From Azolla caroliniana (Eukaryota > Plantae > Polypodiophyta), in NCBI GenBank assembly GCA_043228905.1, contig JBHGNT010000050.1, forward strand, positions 1 to 64,000: 64,000 nucleotides of DNA, written 5' to 3'. Below the pieces are notes generated by a model. The model saw only the letters and a program-made list of their open reading frames with translations. It was not told where the DNA came from and ran no database searches. Positions 13,201 through 28,080 of this stretch are shown in pieces; position 1 is the stretch's first letter; every line of letters begins with the position of its first letter. The position numbers and the translations under genes were made by a program.

Positions 13201-15080
13201 TCAACTCCCTCCTCCAGCATGCTAATTTCCTCATGTCTTTCGACGTCAGTTTCGAAATCACGATTTTTTAAGTCTATATCATAGCTAGCCTTGTTAGTTT
13301 CGATTCGCATGTTTGAACACAAAAATCCGATATCACACGAGCCAGGTATGACCATTTTAATTTACTCACACGCTCTTCTCAACTCCCTCCTCAAATATGC
13401 TAATTTCTTCATGTCTCTCGACCTGAGTTTCAAAATCTCGATTTTTTAATTCTATATCATAGCTAGCCTTGTTAGCTTCGATTCGCATGTTTGAACACAG
13501 AAATCCGATATCACACGAGCCAGGTATGACCATTTTAATTTACACACACGCTCTTCTCAACTCCCTCCTCAAATATGCTAATTTCTTCATGTCTCTCGAC
13601 GTCAGTTTCAAAATCTCGATTTTTTAATTCTATATCATAGCTAGCCTTGTTAGCTTCGATTCGCATGTTTGAACACAGAAATCCGATATCACACGAGCCA
13701 GGTATGACCATTTTAATTTACACACACGCTCTTCTCAACTCCCTCCTCAAATATGCTAAATTCTTCATGTCTCTCGACCTGAGTTTCAAAATCTCGATTT
13801 TTTAATTCTATATCATAGCTAGCCTTGTTAGCTTCGATTTGCATGTTTGAACAGAGAAATCCGATATCACACGAGCCAGGTATGACCATTTTAATTTACT
13901 CACCGGCTCTTCTCAACTCCCTCCTCAAATATGCTAATTTCCTCATGTCTCTCGACCTGAGTTTCAATATCACGATTTTTTAATTCTATATCATAGCTAG
14001 CCTTGTTAGTTTCGATTCGCATGTTTGAACACAGAAATCCGATATCACACGAGCCAGGTATGACCATTTTAATTTACTCACTCGCTCTTCTCAACTCCCT
14101 CCTCCAGCATGCTAATTTCCTCATGTCTTTCGACGTCAGTTTCGAAATCACGATTTTTTAAGTCTATATCATAGCTAGCCTTGTTAGTTTCGATTCGCAT
14201 GTTTGAACACAAAAATCCGATATCACACGAGCCAGGTATGACCATTTTAATTTACTCACACGCTCTTCTCAACTCCCTCCTCAAATATGCTAATTTCTTC
14301 ATGTCTCTCGACCTGAGTTTCAAAATCTCGATTTTTTAATTCTATATCATAGCTAGCCTTGTTAGCTTCGATTCGCATGTTTGAACACAGAAATCCGATA
14401 TCACACGAGCCAGGTATGACCATTTTAATTTACACACACGCTCTTCTCAACTCCCTCCTCAAATATGCTAAATTCTTCATGTCTCTCGACCTGAGTTTCA
14501 AAATCTCGATTTTTTAATTCTATATCATAGCTAGCCTTGTTAGCTTCGATTTGCATGTTTGAACAGAGAAATCCGATATCACACGAGCCAGGTATGACCA
14601 TTTTAATTTACTCACCGGCTCTTCTCAACTCCCTCCTCAAATATGCTAATTTCCTCATGTCTCTCGACCTGAGTTTCAAAATCTCGATTTTTTAATTCTA
14701 TATCATACCTAGCCTTGTTAGCTTCGATTTGCATGTTTGAACAGAGAAATCCGATATCACACGAGCCAGGTATGACCATTTTAATTTACTCACCGGCTCT
14801 TCTCAACTCCCTCCTCAAATATGCTAATTTCCTCATGTCTCTCGACCTGAGTTTCAAAATCACGATTTTTTAAGTCTATATCATAGCTAGCCTTGTTAGT
14901 TTCGATTCGCATGTTTGAACACAGAAATCCGATATCACACGAGCTAGGTATGACCATTTTAATTTACTCACACGCTCTTCTCAACTCCCTCCTCAAATAT
15001 GCTAATTTCTTCACGTCTCTCGACCTGAGTTTCAAAATCTTGATTTTTTAATTCTATATCATAGCTAGCCTTGTTAGCTT
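7258..15080. repeat. 12-mer HOR (7258-9392) followed by about 1.9 copies of a 17-mer (3025 bp; 12-mer plus a 5-monomer internal duplication)
   Basis: Unit starts at 7258, 9393 and 12418. The 1-bp-deletion marker sits at 7903, 10038 and 13063, spacings 2135 (12x178-1) and 3025 (17x178-1). Confidence 0.9.
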
Positions 15081-18000
15081 CGATTCGCATGTTTGAACAC
15101 AGAAATCCGATATCACACGAGCCAGGTATGACCATTTTAATTTACACACACGCTCTTCTCAACTCCCTCCTCAAATATGCTAATTTCTTCATGTCTCTCG
15201 ACGTCAGTTTCAAAATCTCGATTTTTTAATTCTATATCATAGCTAGCCTTGTTAGCTTCGATTCGCATGTTTGAACACAGAAATCCGATATCACACGAGC
15301 CAGGTATGACCATTTTAATTTACACACACGCTCTTCTCAACTCCCTCCTCAAATATGCTAAATTCTTCATGTCTCTTGACCTGAGTTTCAAAATCTCGAT
15401 TTTTTAATTCTATATCATAGCTAGCCTTGTTAGCTTCGATTTGCATGTTTGAACAGAGAAATCCGATATCACACGAGCCAGGTATGACCATTTTAATTTA
15501 CTCACCGGCTCTTCTCAACTCCCTCCTCAAATATGCTAATTTCCTCATGTCTCTCGACCTGAGTTTCAATATCACGATTTTTTAATTCTATATCATAGCT
15601 AGCCTTGTTAGTTTCGATTCGCATGTTTGAACACAGAAATCCGATATCACACGAGCCAGGTATGACCATTTTAATTTACTCACTCGCTCTTCTCAACTCC
15701 CTCCTCCAGCATGCTAATTTCCTCATGTCTTTTGACGTCAGTTTCGAAATCACGATTTTTTAAGTCTATATCATAGCTAGCCTTGTTAGTTTCGATTCGC
15801 ATGTTTGAACACAGAAATCCGATATCACACGAGCCAGGTATGACCATTTTAATTTACTCACACGCTCTTCTCAACTCCCTCCTCAAATATGCTAATTTCC
15901 TCATGTCTCTCGACCTGAGTTTCAAAATCTCGATTTTTTAATTCTATATCATAGCTAGCCTTGTTAGTTTCGATTCGCATGTTTGAACACAGAAATCCGA
16001 TATCACACGAGCCAGGTATGACCATTTTAATTTACTCACTCGCTCTTCTCAACTCCCTCCTCAAATATGCTAATTTCCTCATGTCTCTCGACGTCAGTTT
16101 CGAAATCACGATTTTTTAAGTCTATATCATAGCTAGCCTTGTTAGTTTCGATTCGCATGTTTGAACACAGAAATCCGATATCACACGAGCCAGGTATGAC
16201 CATTTTAATTTACTCACTCGCTCTTCTCAACTCCCTCCTCAAATATGCTAATTTCTTCATGTCTCTCGACCTGAGTTTCAAAATCTCGATTTTTTAATTC
16301 TATATCATAGCTAGCCTTGTTAGCTTCGATTTGCATGTTTGAACAGAGAAATCCGATATCACACGAGCCAGGTATGACCATTTTAATTTACTCACACGCT
16401 CTTCTCAACTCCCTCCTCAAATATGCTAATTTCCTCATGTCTCTCGACCTGAGTTTCAAAATCACGATTTTTTAATTCTATATCATAGCTAGCCTTGTTA
16501 GTTTCGATTCGCATGTTTGAACACAGAAATCCGATATCACACGAGCCAGGTATGACCATTTTAATTTACTCACTCGCTCTTCTCAACTCCCTCCTCCAGC
16601 ATGCTAATTTCCTCATGTCTTTTGACGTCAGTTTCGAAATCACGATTTTTTAAGTCTATATCATAGCTAGCCTTGTTAGTTTCGATTCGCATGTTTGAAC
16701 ACAGAAATCCGATATCACACGAGCCAGGTATGACCATTTTAATTTACTCACACGCTCTTCTCAACTCCCTCCTCAAATATGCTAATTTCCTCATGTCTCT
16801 CGACCTGAGTTTCAAAATCTCGATTTTTTAATTCTATATCATAGCTAGCCTTGTTAGTTTCGATTCGCATGTTTGTACACAGAAATCCGATATCACACGA
16901 GCCAGGTATGACCATTTTAATTTACTCACTCGCTCTTCTCAACTCCCTCCTCAAATATGCTAATTTCCTCATGTCTTTCGACGTCAGTTTCGAAATCACG
17001 ATTTTTTAAGTCTATATCATAGCTAGCCTTGTTAGTTTCGATTCGCATGTTTGAACACAGAAATCCGATATCACACGAGCCAGGTATGACAATTTTAATT
17101 TACTCACACGCTCTTCTCAACTCCCTCCTCAAATATGCTAATTTCTTCATGTCTCTCGACCTGAGTTTCAAAATCTCGATTTTTTAATTCTATATCATAG
17201 CTAGCCTTGTTAGTTTCGATTCGCATGTTTGAACACAGAAATCCGATATCACACGAGCCAGGTATGACCATTTTAATTTACTCACTCGCTCTTCTCAACT
17301 CCCTCCTCAAATATGCTAATTTCCTCATGTCTTTCGACGTCAGTTTCGAAATCACGATTTTTTAAGTCTATATCATAGCTAGCCTTGTTAGTTTCGATTC
17401 GCATGTTTGAACACAGAAATCCGATATCACACGAGCCAGGTATGACAATTTTAATTTACTCACACGCTCTTCTCAACTCCCTCCTCAAATATGCTAATTT
17501 CTTCATGTCTCTCGACCTGAGTTTCAAAATCTCGATTTTTTAATTCTATATCATAGCTAGCCTTGTTAGCTTCGATTCGCATGTTTGAACACAGAAATCC
17601 GATATCACACGAGCCAGGTATGACCATTTTAATTTACTCACACGCTCTTCTCAACTCCCTCCTCAAATATGCTAATTTCTTCATGTCTCTCGACCTGAGT
17701 TTCAAAATCTCGATTTTTTAATTCTATATCATAGCTAGCCTTGTTATCTTCGATTTGCATGTTTGAACACAGAAATCCGATATCACACGAGCCAGGTATG
17801 ACCATTTTAATTTACTCACTCGCTCTTCTCAACTCCCTCCTCCAGCATGCTAATTTCCTCATGTCTTTCGACGTCAGTTTCGAAATCACGATTTTTTAAG
17901 TCTATATCATAGCTAGCCTTGTTAGTTTCGATTCGCATGTTTGAACACAGAAATCCGATATCACACGAGCCAGGTATGACCATTTTAATTTACTCACTCG

Positions 18001-20070
18001 CTCTTCTCAACTCCCTCCTCAAATATGCTAATTTCTTCATGTCTCTCGACCTGAGTTTCAAAATCTCGATTTTTTAATTCTATATCATAGCTAGCCTTGT
18101 TAGCTTCGATTCGCATGTTTGAACACAGAAATCCGATATCACACGAGCCAGGTATGACCATTTTAATTTACTCACTCGCTCTTCTCAACTCCCTCCTCAA
18201 ATATGCTAATTTCCTCATGTCTCTCGACCTGAGTTTCAAAATCACGATTTTTTAATTCTATATCATAGCTAGCCTTGTTAGTTTCGATTCGCATGTTTGA
18301 ACACAGAAATCCGATATCACACGAGCCAGGTATGACCATTTTAATTTACTCACTCGCTCTTCTCAACTCCCTCCTCCAGCATGCTAATTTCCTCATGTCT
18401 TTCGACGTCAGTTTCGAAATCACGATTTTTTAAGTCTATATCATAGCTAGCCTTGTTAGTTTCGATTCGCATGTTTGAACACAGAAATCCGATATCACAC
18501 GAGCCAGGTATGACCATTTTAATTTACTCACACGCTCTTCTCAACTCCCTCCTCAAATATGCTAATTTCCTCATGTCTCTCGACCTGAGTTTCAAAATCT
18601 CGATTTTTTAATTCTATATCATAGCTAGCCTTGTTAGTTTCGATTCGCATGTTTGAACACAGAAATCCGATATCACACGAGCCAGGTATGACCATTTTAA
18701 TTTACTCACTCGCTCTTCTCAACTCCCTCCTCAAATATGCTAATTTCTTCATGTCTCTCGACCTGAGTTTCAAAATCTCGATTTTTTAATTCTATATCAT
18801 AGCTAGCCTTGTTAGCTTCGATTTGCATGTTTGAACACAGAAATCCGATATCACACGAGCCAGGTATGACCATTTTAATTTACTCACACGCTCTTCTCAA
18901 CTCCCTCCTCAAATATGCTAATTTCTTCACGTCTCTCGACCTGAGTTTCAAAATCTTGATTTTTTAATTCTATATCATAGCTAGCCTTGTTAGCTTCGAT
19001 TCGCATGTTTGAACACAGAAATCCGATATCACACGAGCCAGGTATGACCATTTTAATTTACTCACACGCTCTTCTCAACTCCCTCCTCAAATATGCTAAT
19101 TTCCTCATGTCTCTCGACCTGAGTTTCAAAATCTCGATTTTTTAATTCTATATCATAGCTAGCCTTGTTAGTTTCGATTCGCATGTTTGAACACAGAAAT
19201 CCGATATCACACGAGCCAGGTATGACCATTTTAATTTACTCACTCGCTCTTCTCAACTCCCTCCTCAAATATGCTAATTTCTTCATGTCTCTCGACCTGA
19301 GTTTCAAAATCTCGATTTTTTAATTCTATATCATAGCTAGCCTTGTTAGCTTCGATTCGCATGTTTGAACACTGAAATCCGATATCACACGAGCCAGGTA
19401 TGACCATTTTAATTTACTCACACGCTCTTCTCAACTCCCTCCTCAAATATGCTAATTTCTTCATGTCTCTTGACCTGAGTTTCAAAATCTCGATTTTTTA
19501 ATTCTATATCATAGCTAGCCTTGTTAGCTTCGATTTGCATGTTTGAACACAGAAATCCGATATCACACGAGCCAGGTATGACCATTTTAATTTACTCACA
19601 CGCTCTTCTCAACTCCCTCCTCAAATATGCTAATTTCTTCACGTCTCTCGACCTGAGTTTCAAAATCTTGATTTTTTAATTCTATATCATAGCTAGCCTT
19701 GTTAGCTTCGATTCGCATGTTTGAACACAGAAATCCGATATCACACGAGCCAGGTATGACCATTTTAATTTACTCACTGGCTCTTCTCAACTCCCTCCTG
19801 AAATATGCTAATTTCCTCATGTCTCTCGACCTGAGTTTCAAAATCTCGATTTTTTAATTTTATATCATAGCTAGCCTTGTTAGTTTCGATTCGCATGTTT
19901 GAACACAGAAATCCGATATCACACGAGCCAGGTATGACCATTTTAATTTACTCACTCGCTCTTCTCAACTCCCTCCTCAAATATGCTAATTTCTTCATGT
20001 CTCTCGACCTGAGTTTCAAAATCTCGATTTTTTAATTCTATATCATAGCTAGCCTTGTTAGCTTCGATTC

Positions 20071-23000
20071 GCATGTTTGAACACTGAAATCCGATATCAC
20101 ACGAGCCAGGTATGACCATTTTAATTTACTCACACGCTCTTCTCAACTCCCTCCTCAAATATGCTAATTTCTTCATGTCTCTTGACCTGAGTTTCAAAAT
20201 CTTGATTTTTTAATTCTATATCATAGCAAGCCTTGTTAGCTTCGATTTGCATGTTTGAACACAGAAATCCGTTATCACACGAGCCAGGTATGACCATTTT
20301 AATTTACTCACTGACTCTTCTCAACTCCCTCCTCAAAGATGCTAATTTCTTCATGTCTCTCGACCTGAGTTTCAAAATCTCGATTTTTTAATTCTATATC
20401 ATAGCTAGCCTTGTTAGTTTCGATTCGCATGTTTGAACACAGAAATCCGATATCACACGAGCCAGGTATGACCATTTTAATTTACTCACTCGCTCTTCTC
20501 AACTCCCTCCTCAAATATGCTAATTTCTTCATGTCTCTCGACCTGAGTTTCAAAATCTCGATTTTTTAATTCTATATCATAGCTAGCCTTGTTAGCTTCG
20601 ATTTGCATGTTTGAACACAGAAATCCGATATCACACGAGCCAGGTATGACCATTTTAATTTACTCACTGGCTCTTCTCAACTCCCTCCTCAAATATGCTA
20701 ATTTCCTCATGTCTCTCACCTGAGTTTCAAAATCTCGATTTTTTAATTCTATATCATAGCTAGCCTTGTTAGCTTCGATTCGCATGTTTGAACACAGAAA
20801 TCCGATATCACACGAGCCAGGTATGACCATTTTAATTTACTCACTCGCTCTTCTCAACTCCCTCCTCCAGCATGCTAATTTCCTCATGTCTTTCGACGTC
20901 AGTTTCGAAATCACGATTTTTTAAGTCTATATCATAGCTAGCCTTGTTAGTTTCGATTCGCATGTTTGAACACAAAAATCCGATATCACACGAGCCAGGT
21001 ATGACCATTTTAATTTACTCACACGCTCTTCTCAACTCCCTCCTCAAATATGCTAATTTCTTCATGTCTCTCGACCTGAGTTTCAAAATCTCGATTTTTT
21101 AATTCTATATCATAGCTAGCCTTGTTAGCTTCGATTCGCATGTTTGAACACTGAAATCCGATATCACACGAGCCAGGTATGACCATTTTAATTTACACAC
21201 ACGCTCTTCTCAACTCCCTCCTCAAATATGCTAAATTCTTCATGTCTCTCGACCTGAGTTTCAAAATCTCGATTTTTTAATTCTATATCATAGCTAGCCT
21301 TGTTAGCTTCGATTTGCATGTTTGAACAGAGAAATCCGATATCACACGAGCCAGGTATGACCATTTTAATTTACTCACCGGCTCTTCTCAACTCCCTCCT
21401 CAAATATGCTAATTTCCTCATGTCTCTCGACCTGAGTTTCAAAATCACGATTTTTTAATTTTATATCATAGCTAGCCTTGTTAGTTTCGATTCGCATGTT
21501 TGAACACAGAAATCCGATATCACACGAGCCAGGTATGACCATTTTAATTTACTCACTCGCTCTTCTCAACTCCCTCCTCCAGCATGCTAATTTCCTCATG
21601 TCTTTTGACGTCAGTTTCGAAATCACGATTTTTTAAGTCTATATCATAGCTAGCCTTGTTAGTTTCGATTCGCATGTTTGAACACAGAAATCCGATATCA
21701 CACGAGCCAGGTATGACCATTTTAATTTACTCACACGCTCTTCTCAATTCCCTCCTCAAATATGCTAATTTCCTCATGTCTCTCGACCTGAGTTTCAAAA
21801 TCTCGATTTTTTAATTCTATATCATAGCTAGCCTTGTTAGTTTCGATTCGCATGTTTGAACACAGAAATCCGATATCACACGAGCCAGGTATGACCATTT
21901 TAATTTACTCACTCGCTCTTCTCAACTCCCTCCTCAAATATGCTAATTTCCTCATGTCTTTCGACGTCAGTTTCGAAATCACGATTTTTTAAGTCTATAT
22001 CATAGCTAGCCTTGTTAGTTTCGATTCGCATGTTTGAACACAGAAATCCGATATCACACGAGCCAGGTATGACAATTTTAATTTACTCACACGCTCTTCT
22101 CAACTCCCTCCTCAAATATGCTAATTTCTTCATGTCTCTCGACCTGAGTTTCAAAATCTCGATTTTTTAATTCTATATCATAGCTAGCCTTGTTAGCTTC
22201 GATTCGCATGTTTGAACACAGAAATCCGATATCACACGAGCCAGGTATGACCATTTTAATTTACTCACACGCTCTTCTCAACTCCCTCCTCAAATATGCT
22301 AATTTCTTCATGTCTCTCGACCTGAGTATCAAAATCTCGATTTTTTAATTCTATATCATAGCTAGCCTTGTTAGCTTCGATTTGCATGTTTGAACACAGA
22401 AATCCGATATCACACGAGCCAGGTATGACCATTTTAATTTACTCAGTCGCTCTTCTCAACTCCCTCCTCCAGCATGCTAATTTCCTCATGTCTTTCGACG
22501 TCAGTTTCGAAATCACGATTTTTTAAGTCTATATCATAGCTAGCCTTGTTAGTTTCGATTCGCATGTTTGAACATAGAAATCCGATATCACACGAGCCAG
22601 GTATGACCATTTTAATTTACTCACTCGCTCTTCTCAACTCCCTCCTCAAATATGCTAATTTCTTCATGTCTCTCGACCTGAGTTTCAAAATCTCGATTTT
22701 TTAATTCTATATCATAGCTAGCGTTGTTAGCTTCGATTCGCATGTTTGAACACAAAAATCCGATATCACACGAGCCAGGTATGAACATTTTAATTTACTC
22801 ACTAGCTCTTCTCAACTCCCTCCTCAAATATTGTAATTTCTTCATGTCTCTCGACCTGAGTTTCAAAATCTCGATTATTTAATTCTATATCATAGCTAGC
22901 CTTGTTAGCTTCGATTCGCATGTTTGAACACTGAAATCCGATATCACACGAGCCAGGTATGACCATTTTAATTTACTCACACGCTCTTCTCAACTCCCTC

Positions 23001-26000
23001 CTCAAATATGCTAATTTCTTCATGTCTCTTGACCTGAGTTTCAAAATCTTGATTTTTTAATTCTATATCATAGCTAGCCTTGTTAGCTTCGATTTGCATG
23101 TTTGAACACAGAAATCCGTTATCACACGAGCCAGGTATGACCATTTTAATTTACTCACTGACTCTTCTCAACTCCCTCCTCAAAGATGCTAATTTCTTCA
23201 TGTCTCTCGACCTGAGTTTCAAAATCTCGATTTTTTAATTCTATATCATAGCTAGCCTTGTTAGTTTCGATTCGCATGTTTGAACACAGAAATCCGATAT
23301 CACACGAGCCAGGTATGACCATTTTAATTTACTCACTCGCTCTTCTCAACTCCCTCCTCAAATATGCTAATTTCTTCATGTCTCTCGACCTGAGTTTCAA
23401 AATCTCGATTTTTTAATTCTATATCATAGCTAGCCTTGTTAGCTTCGATTTGCATGTTTGAACACAGAAATCCGATATCACACGAGCCAGGTATGACCAT
23501 TTTAATTTACTCACTGGCTCTTCTCAACTCCCTCCTCAAATATGCTAATTTCCTCATGTCTCTCACCTGAGTTTCAAAATCTCGATTTTTTAATTCTATA
23601 TCATAGCTAGCCTTGTTAGCTTCGATTCGCATGTTTGAACACAGAAATCCGATATCACACGAGCCAGGTATGACCATTTTAATTTACTCACTCGCTCTTC
23701 TCAACTCCCTCCTCCAGCATGCTAATTTCCTCATGTCTTTCGACGTCAGTTTCGAAATCACGATTTTTTAAGTCTATATCATAGCTAGCCTTGTTAGCTT
23801 CGATTCGCATGTTTGAACACTGAAATCCGATATCACACGAGCCAGGTATGACCATTTTAATTTACTCACACGCTCTTCTCAACTCCCTCCTCAAATATGC
23901 TAATTTCTTCATGTCTCTTGACCTGAGTTTCAAAATCTTGATTTTTTAATTCTATATCATAGCTAGCCTTGTTAGCTTCGATTTGCATGTTTGAACACTG
24001 AAATCCGATATCACACGAGCCAGGTATGACCATTTTAATTTACACACACGCTCTTCTCAACTCCCTCCTCAAATATGCTAAATTCTTCATGTCTCTCGAC
24101 CTGAGTTTCAAAATCTCGATTTTTTAATTCTATATCATAGCTAGCCTTGTTAGCTTCGATTTGCATGTTTGAACAGAGAAATCCGATATCACACGAGCCA
24201 GGTATGACCATTTTAATTTACTCACCGGCTCTTCTCAACTCCCTCCTCAAATATGCTAATTTCCTCATGTCTCTCGACCTGAGTTTCAAAATCACGATTT
24301 TTTAATTTTATATCATAGCTAGCCTTGTTAGTTTCGATTCGCATGTTTGAACACAGAAATCCGATATCACACGAGCCAGGTATGACCATTTTAATTTACT
24401 CACTCGCTCTTCTCAACTCCCTCCTCCAGCATGCTAATTTCCTCATGTCTTTTGACGTCAGTTTCGAAATCACGATTTTTTAAGTCTATATCATAGCTAG
24501 CCTTGTTAGTTTCGATTCGCATGTTTGAACACAGAAATCCGATATCACACGAGCCAGGTATGACCATTTTAATTTACTCACACGCTCTTCTCAATTCCCT
24601 CCTCAAATATGCTAATTTCCTCATGTCTCTCGACCTGAGTTTCAAAATCTCGATTTTTTAATTCTATATCATAGCTAGCCTTGTTAGTTTCGATTCGCAT
24701 GTTTGAACACAGAAATCCGATATCACACGAGCCAGGTATGACCATTTTAATTTACTCACTCGCTCTTCTCAACTCCCTCCTCAAATATGCTAATTTCCTC
24801 ATGTCTTTCGACGTCAGTTTCGAAATCACGATTTTTTAAGTCTATATCATAGCTAGCCTTGTTAGTTTCGATTCGCATGTTTGAACACAGAAATCCGATA
24901 TCACACGAGCCAGGTATGACAATTTTAATTTACTCACACGCTCTTCTCAACTCCCTCCTCAAATATGCTAATTTCTTCATGTCTCTCGACCTGAGTTTCA
25001 AAATCTCGATTTTTTAATTCTATATCATAGCTAGCCTTGTTAGCTTCGATTCGCATGTTTGAACACAGAAATCCGATATCACACGAGCCAGGTATGACCA
25101 TTTTAATTTACTCACACGCTCTTCTCAACTCCCTCCTCAAATATGCTAATTTCTTCATGTCTCTCGACCTGAGTTTCAAAATCTCGATTTTTTAATTCTA
25201 TATCATAGCTAGCCTTGTTAGCTTCGATTTGCATGTTTGAACACAGAAATCCGATATCACACGAGCCAGGTATGACCATTTTAATTTACTCAGTCGCTCT
25301 TCTCAACTCCCTCCTCCAGCATGCTAATTTCCTCATGTCTTTCGACGTCAGTTTCGAAATCACGATTTTTTAAGTCTATATCATAGCTAGCCTTGTTAGT
25401 TTCGATTCGCATGTTTGAACACAGAAATCCGATATCACACGAGCCAGGTATGACCATTTTAATTTACTCACTCGCTCTTCTCAACTCCCTCCTCAAATAT
25501 GCTAATTTCTTCCTGTCTCTCGACCTGAGTTTCAAAATCTCGATTTTTTAATTCTATATCATAGCTAGCGTTGTTAGCTTCGATTCGCATGTTTGAACAC
25601 AAAAATCCGATATCACACGAGCCAGGTATGAACATTTTAATTTACTCACTAGCTCTTCTCAACTCCCTCCTCAAATATTGTAATTTCTTCATGTCTCTCG
25701 ACCTGAGTTTCAAAATCTCGATTATTTAATTCTATATCATAGCTAGCCTTGTTAGCTTCGATTCGCATGTTTGAACACTGAAATCCGATATCACACGAGC
25801 CAGGTATGACCATTTTAATTTACTCACACGCTCTTCTCAACTCCCTCCTCAAATATGCTAATTTCTTCATGTCTCTTGACCTGAGTTTCAAAATCTTGAT
25901 TTTTTAATTCTATATCATAGCTAGCCTTGTTAGCTTCGATTTGCATGTTTGAACACAGAAATCCGTTATCACACGAGCCAGGTATGACCATTTTAATTTA

Positions 26001-28080
26001 CTCACTGACTCTTCTCAACTCCCTCCTCAAAGATGCTAATTTCTTCATGTCTCTCGACCTGAGTTTCAAAATCTCGATTTTTTAATTCTATATCATAGCT
26101 AACCTTGTTAGTTTCGATTCGCATGTTTGAACACAGAAATCCGATATCACACGAGCCAGGTATGACCATTTTAATTTACTCACTCGCTCTTCTCAACTCC
26201 CTCCTCAAATATGCTAATTTCTTCATGTCTCTCGACCTGAGTTTCAAAATCTCGATTTTTTAATTCTATATCATAGCTAGCCTTGTTAGCTTCGATTTGC
26301 ATGTTTGAACACAGAAATCCGATATCACACGAGCCAGGTATGACCATTTTAATTTACTCACTGGCTCTTCTCAACTCCCTCCTCAAATATGCTAATTTCC
26401 TCATGTCTCTCACCTGAGTTTCAAAATCTCGATTTTTTAATTCTATATCATAGCTAGCCTTGTTAGCTTCGATTCGCATGTTTGAACACAGAAATCCGAT
26501 ATCACACGAGCCAGGTATGACCATTTTAATTTACTCACTCGCTCTTCTCAACTCCCTCCTCCAGCATGCTAATTTCCTCATGTCTTTCGACGTCAGTTTC
26601 GAAATCACGATTTTTTAAGTCTATATCATAGCTAGCCTTGTTAGTTTCGATTCGTATGTTTGAACACAAAAATCCGATATCACACGAGCCAGGTATGACC
26701 ATTTTAATTTACTCACACGCTCTTCTCAACTCCCTCCTCAAATATGCTAATTTCTTCATGTCTCTCGACCTGAGTTTCAAAATCTCGATTTTTTAATTCT
26801 ATATCATAGCTAGCCTTGTTAGCTTCGATTCGCATGTTTGAACACTGAAATCCGATATCACACGAGCCAGGTATGACCATTTTAATTTACACACACGCTC
26901 TTCTCAACTCCCTCCTCAAATATGCTAAATTCTTCATGTCTCTCGACCTGAGTTTCAAAATCTCGATTTTTTAATTCTATATCATAGCTAGCCTTGTTAG
27001 CTTCGATTTGCATGTTTGAACAGAGAAATCCGATATCACACGAGCCAGGTATGACCATTTTAATTTACTCACCGGCTCTTCTCAACTCCCTCCTCAAATA
27101 TGCTAATTTCCTCATGTCTCTCGACCTGAGTTTCAAAATCACGATTTTTTAATTCTATATCATAGCTAGCCTTGTTAGTTTCGATTCGCATGTTTGAACA
27201 CAGAAATCCGATATCACACGAGCCAGGTATGACCATTTTAATTTACTCACTCGCTCTTCTCAACTCCCTCCTCCAGCATGCTAATTTCCTCATGTCTTTT
27301 GACGTCAGTTTCGAAATCACGATTTTTTAAGTCTATATCATAGCTAGCCTTGTTAGTTTCGATTCGCATGTTTGAACACAGAAATCCGATATCACACGAG
27401 CCAGGTATGACCATTTTAATTTACTCACACGCTCTTCTCAACTCCCTCCTCAAATATGCTAATTTCCTCATGTCTCTCGACCTGAGTTTCAAAATCTCGA
27501 TTTTTTAATTCTATATCATAGCTAGCCTTGTTAGTTTCGATTCGCATGTTTGAACACAGAAATCCGATATCACACGAGCCAGGTATGACCATTTTAATTT
27601 ACTCACTCGCTCTTCTCAACTCCCTCCTCAAATATGCTAATTTCCTCATGTCTTTCGACGTCAGTTTCGAAATCACGATTTTTTAAGTCTATATCATAGC
27701 TAGCCTTGTTAGTTTCGATTCGCATGTTTGAACACAGAAATCCGATATCACACGAGCCAGGTATGACCATTTTAATTTACTCACACGCTCTTCTCAACTC
27801 CCTCCTCAAATATGCTAATTTCTTCATGTCTCTCGACCTGAGTTTCAAAATCTCGATTTTTTAATTCTATATCATAGCTAGCCTTGTTAGCTTCGATTCG
27901 CATGTTTGAACACAGAAATCCGATATCACACGAGCCAGGTATGACCATTTTAATTTACTCACACGCTCTTCTCAACTCCCTCCTCAAATATGCTAGTTTC
28001 TTCATGTCTCTCGACCTGAGTTTCAAAATCTCGATTTTTTAATTCTATATCATAGCTAGCCTTGTTAGCTTCGATTTGCA
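20071..28080. repeat. 16-monomer HOR (2847 bp), about 2.8 copies
   Basis: Unit starts at 20071, 22918 and 25765. Deletion marker at 20716, 23563 and 26410 (2847 = 16x178-1). TGACGTCA variant at 21606, 24453 and 27300. Confidence 0.9.
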
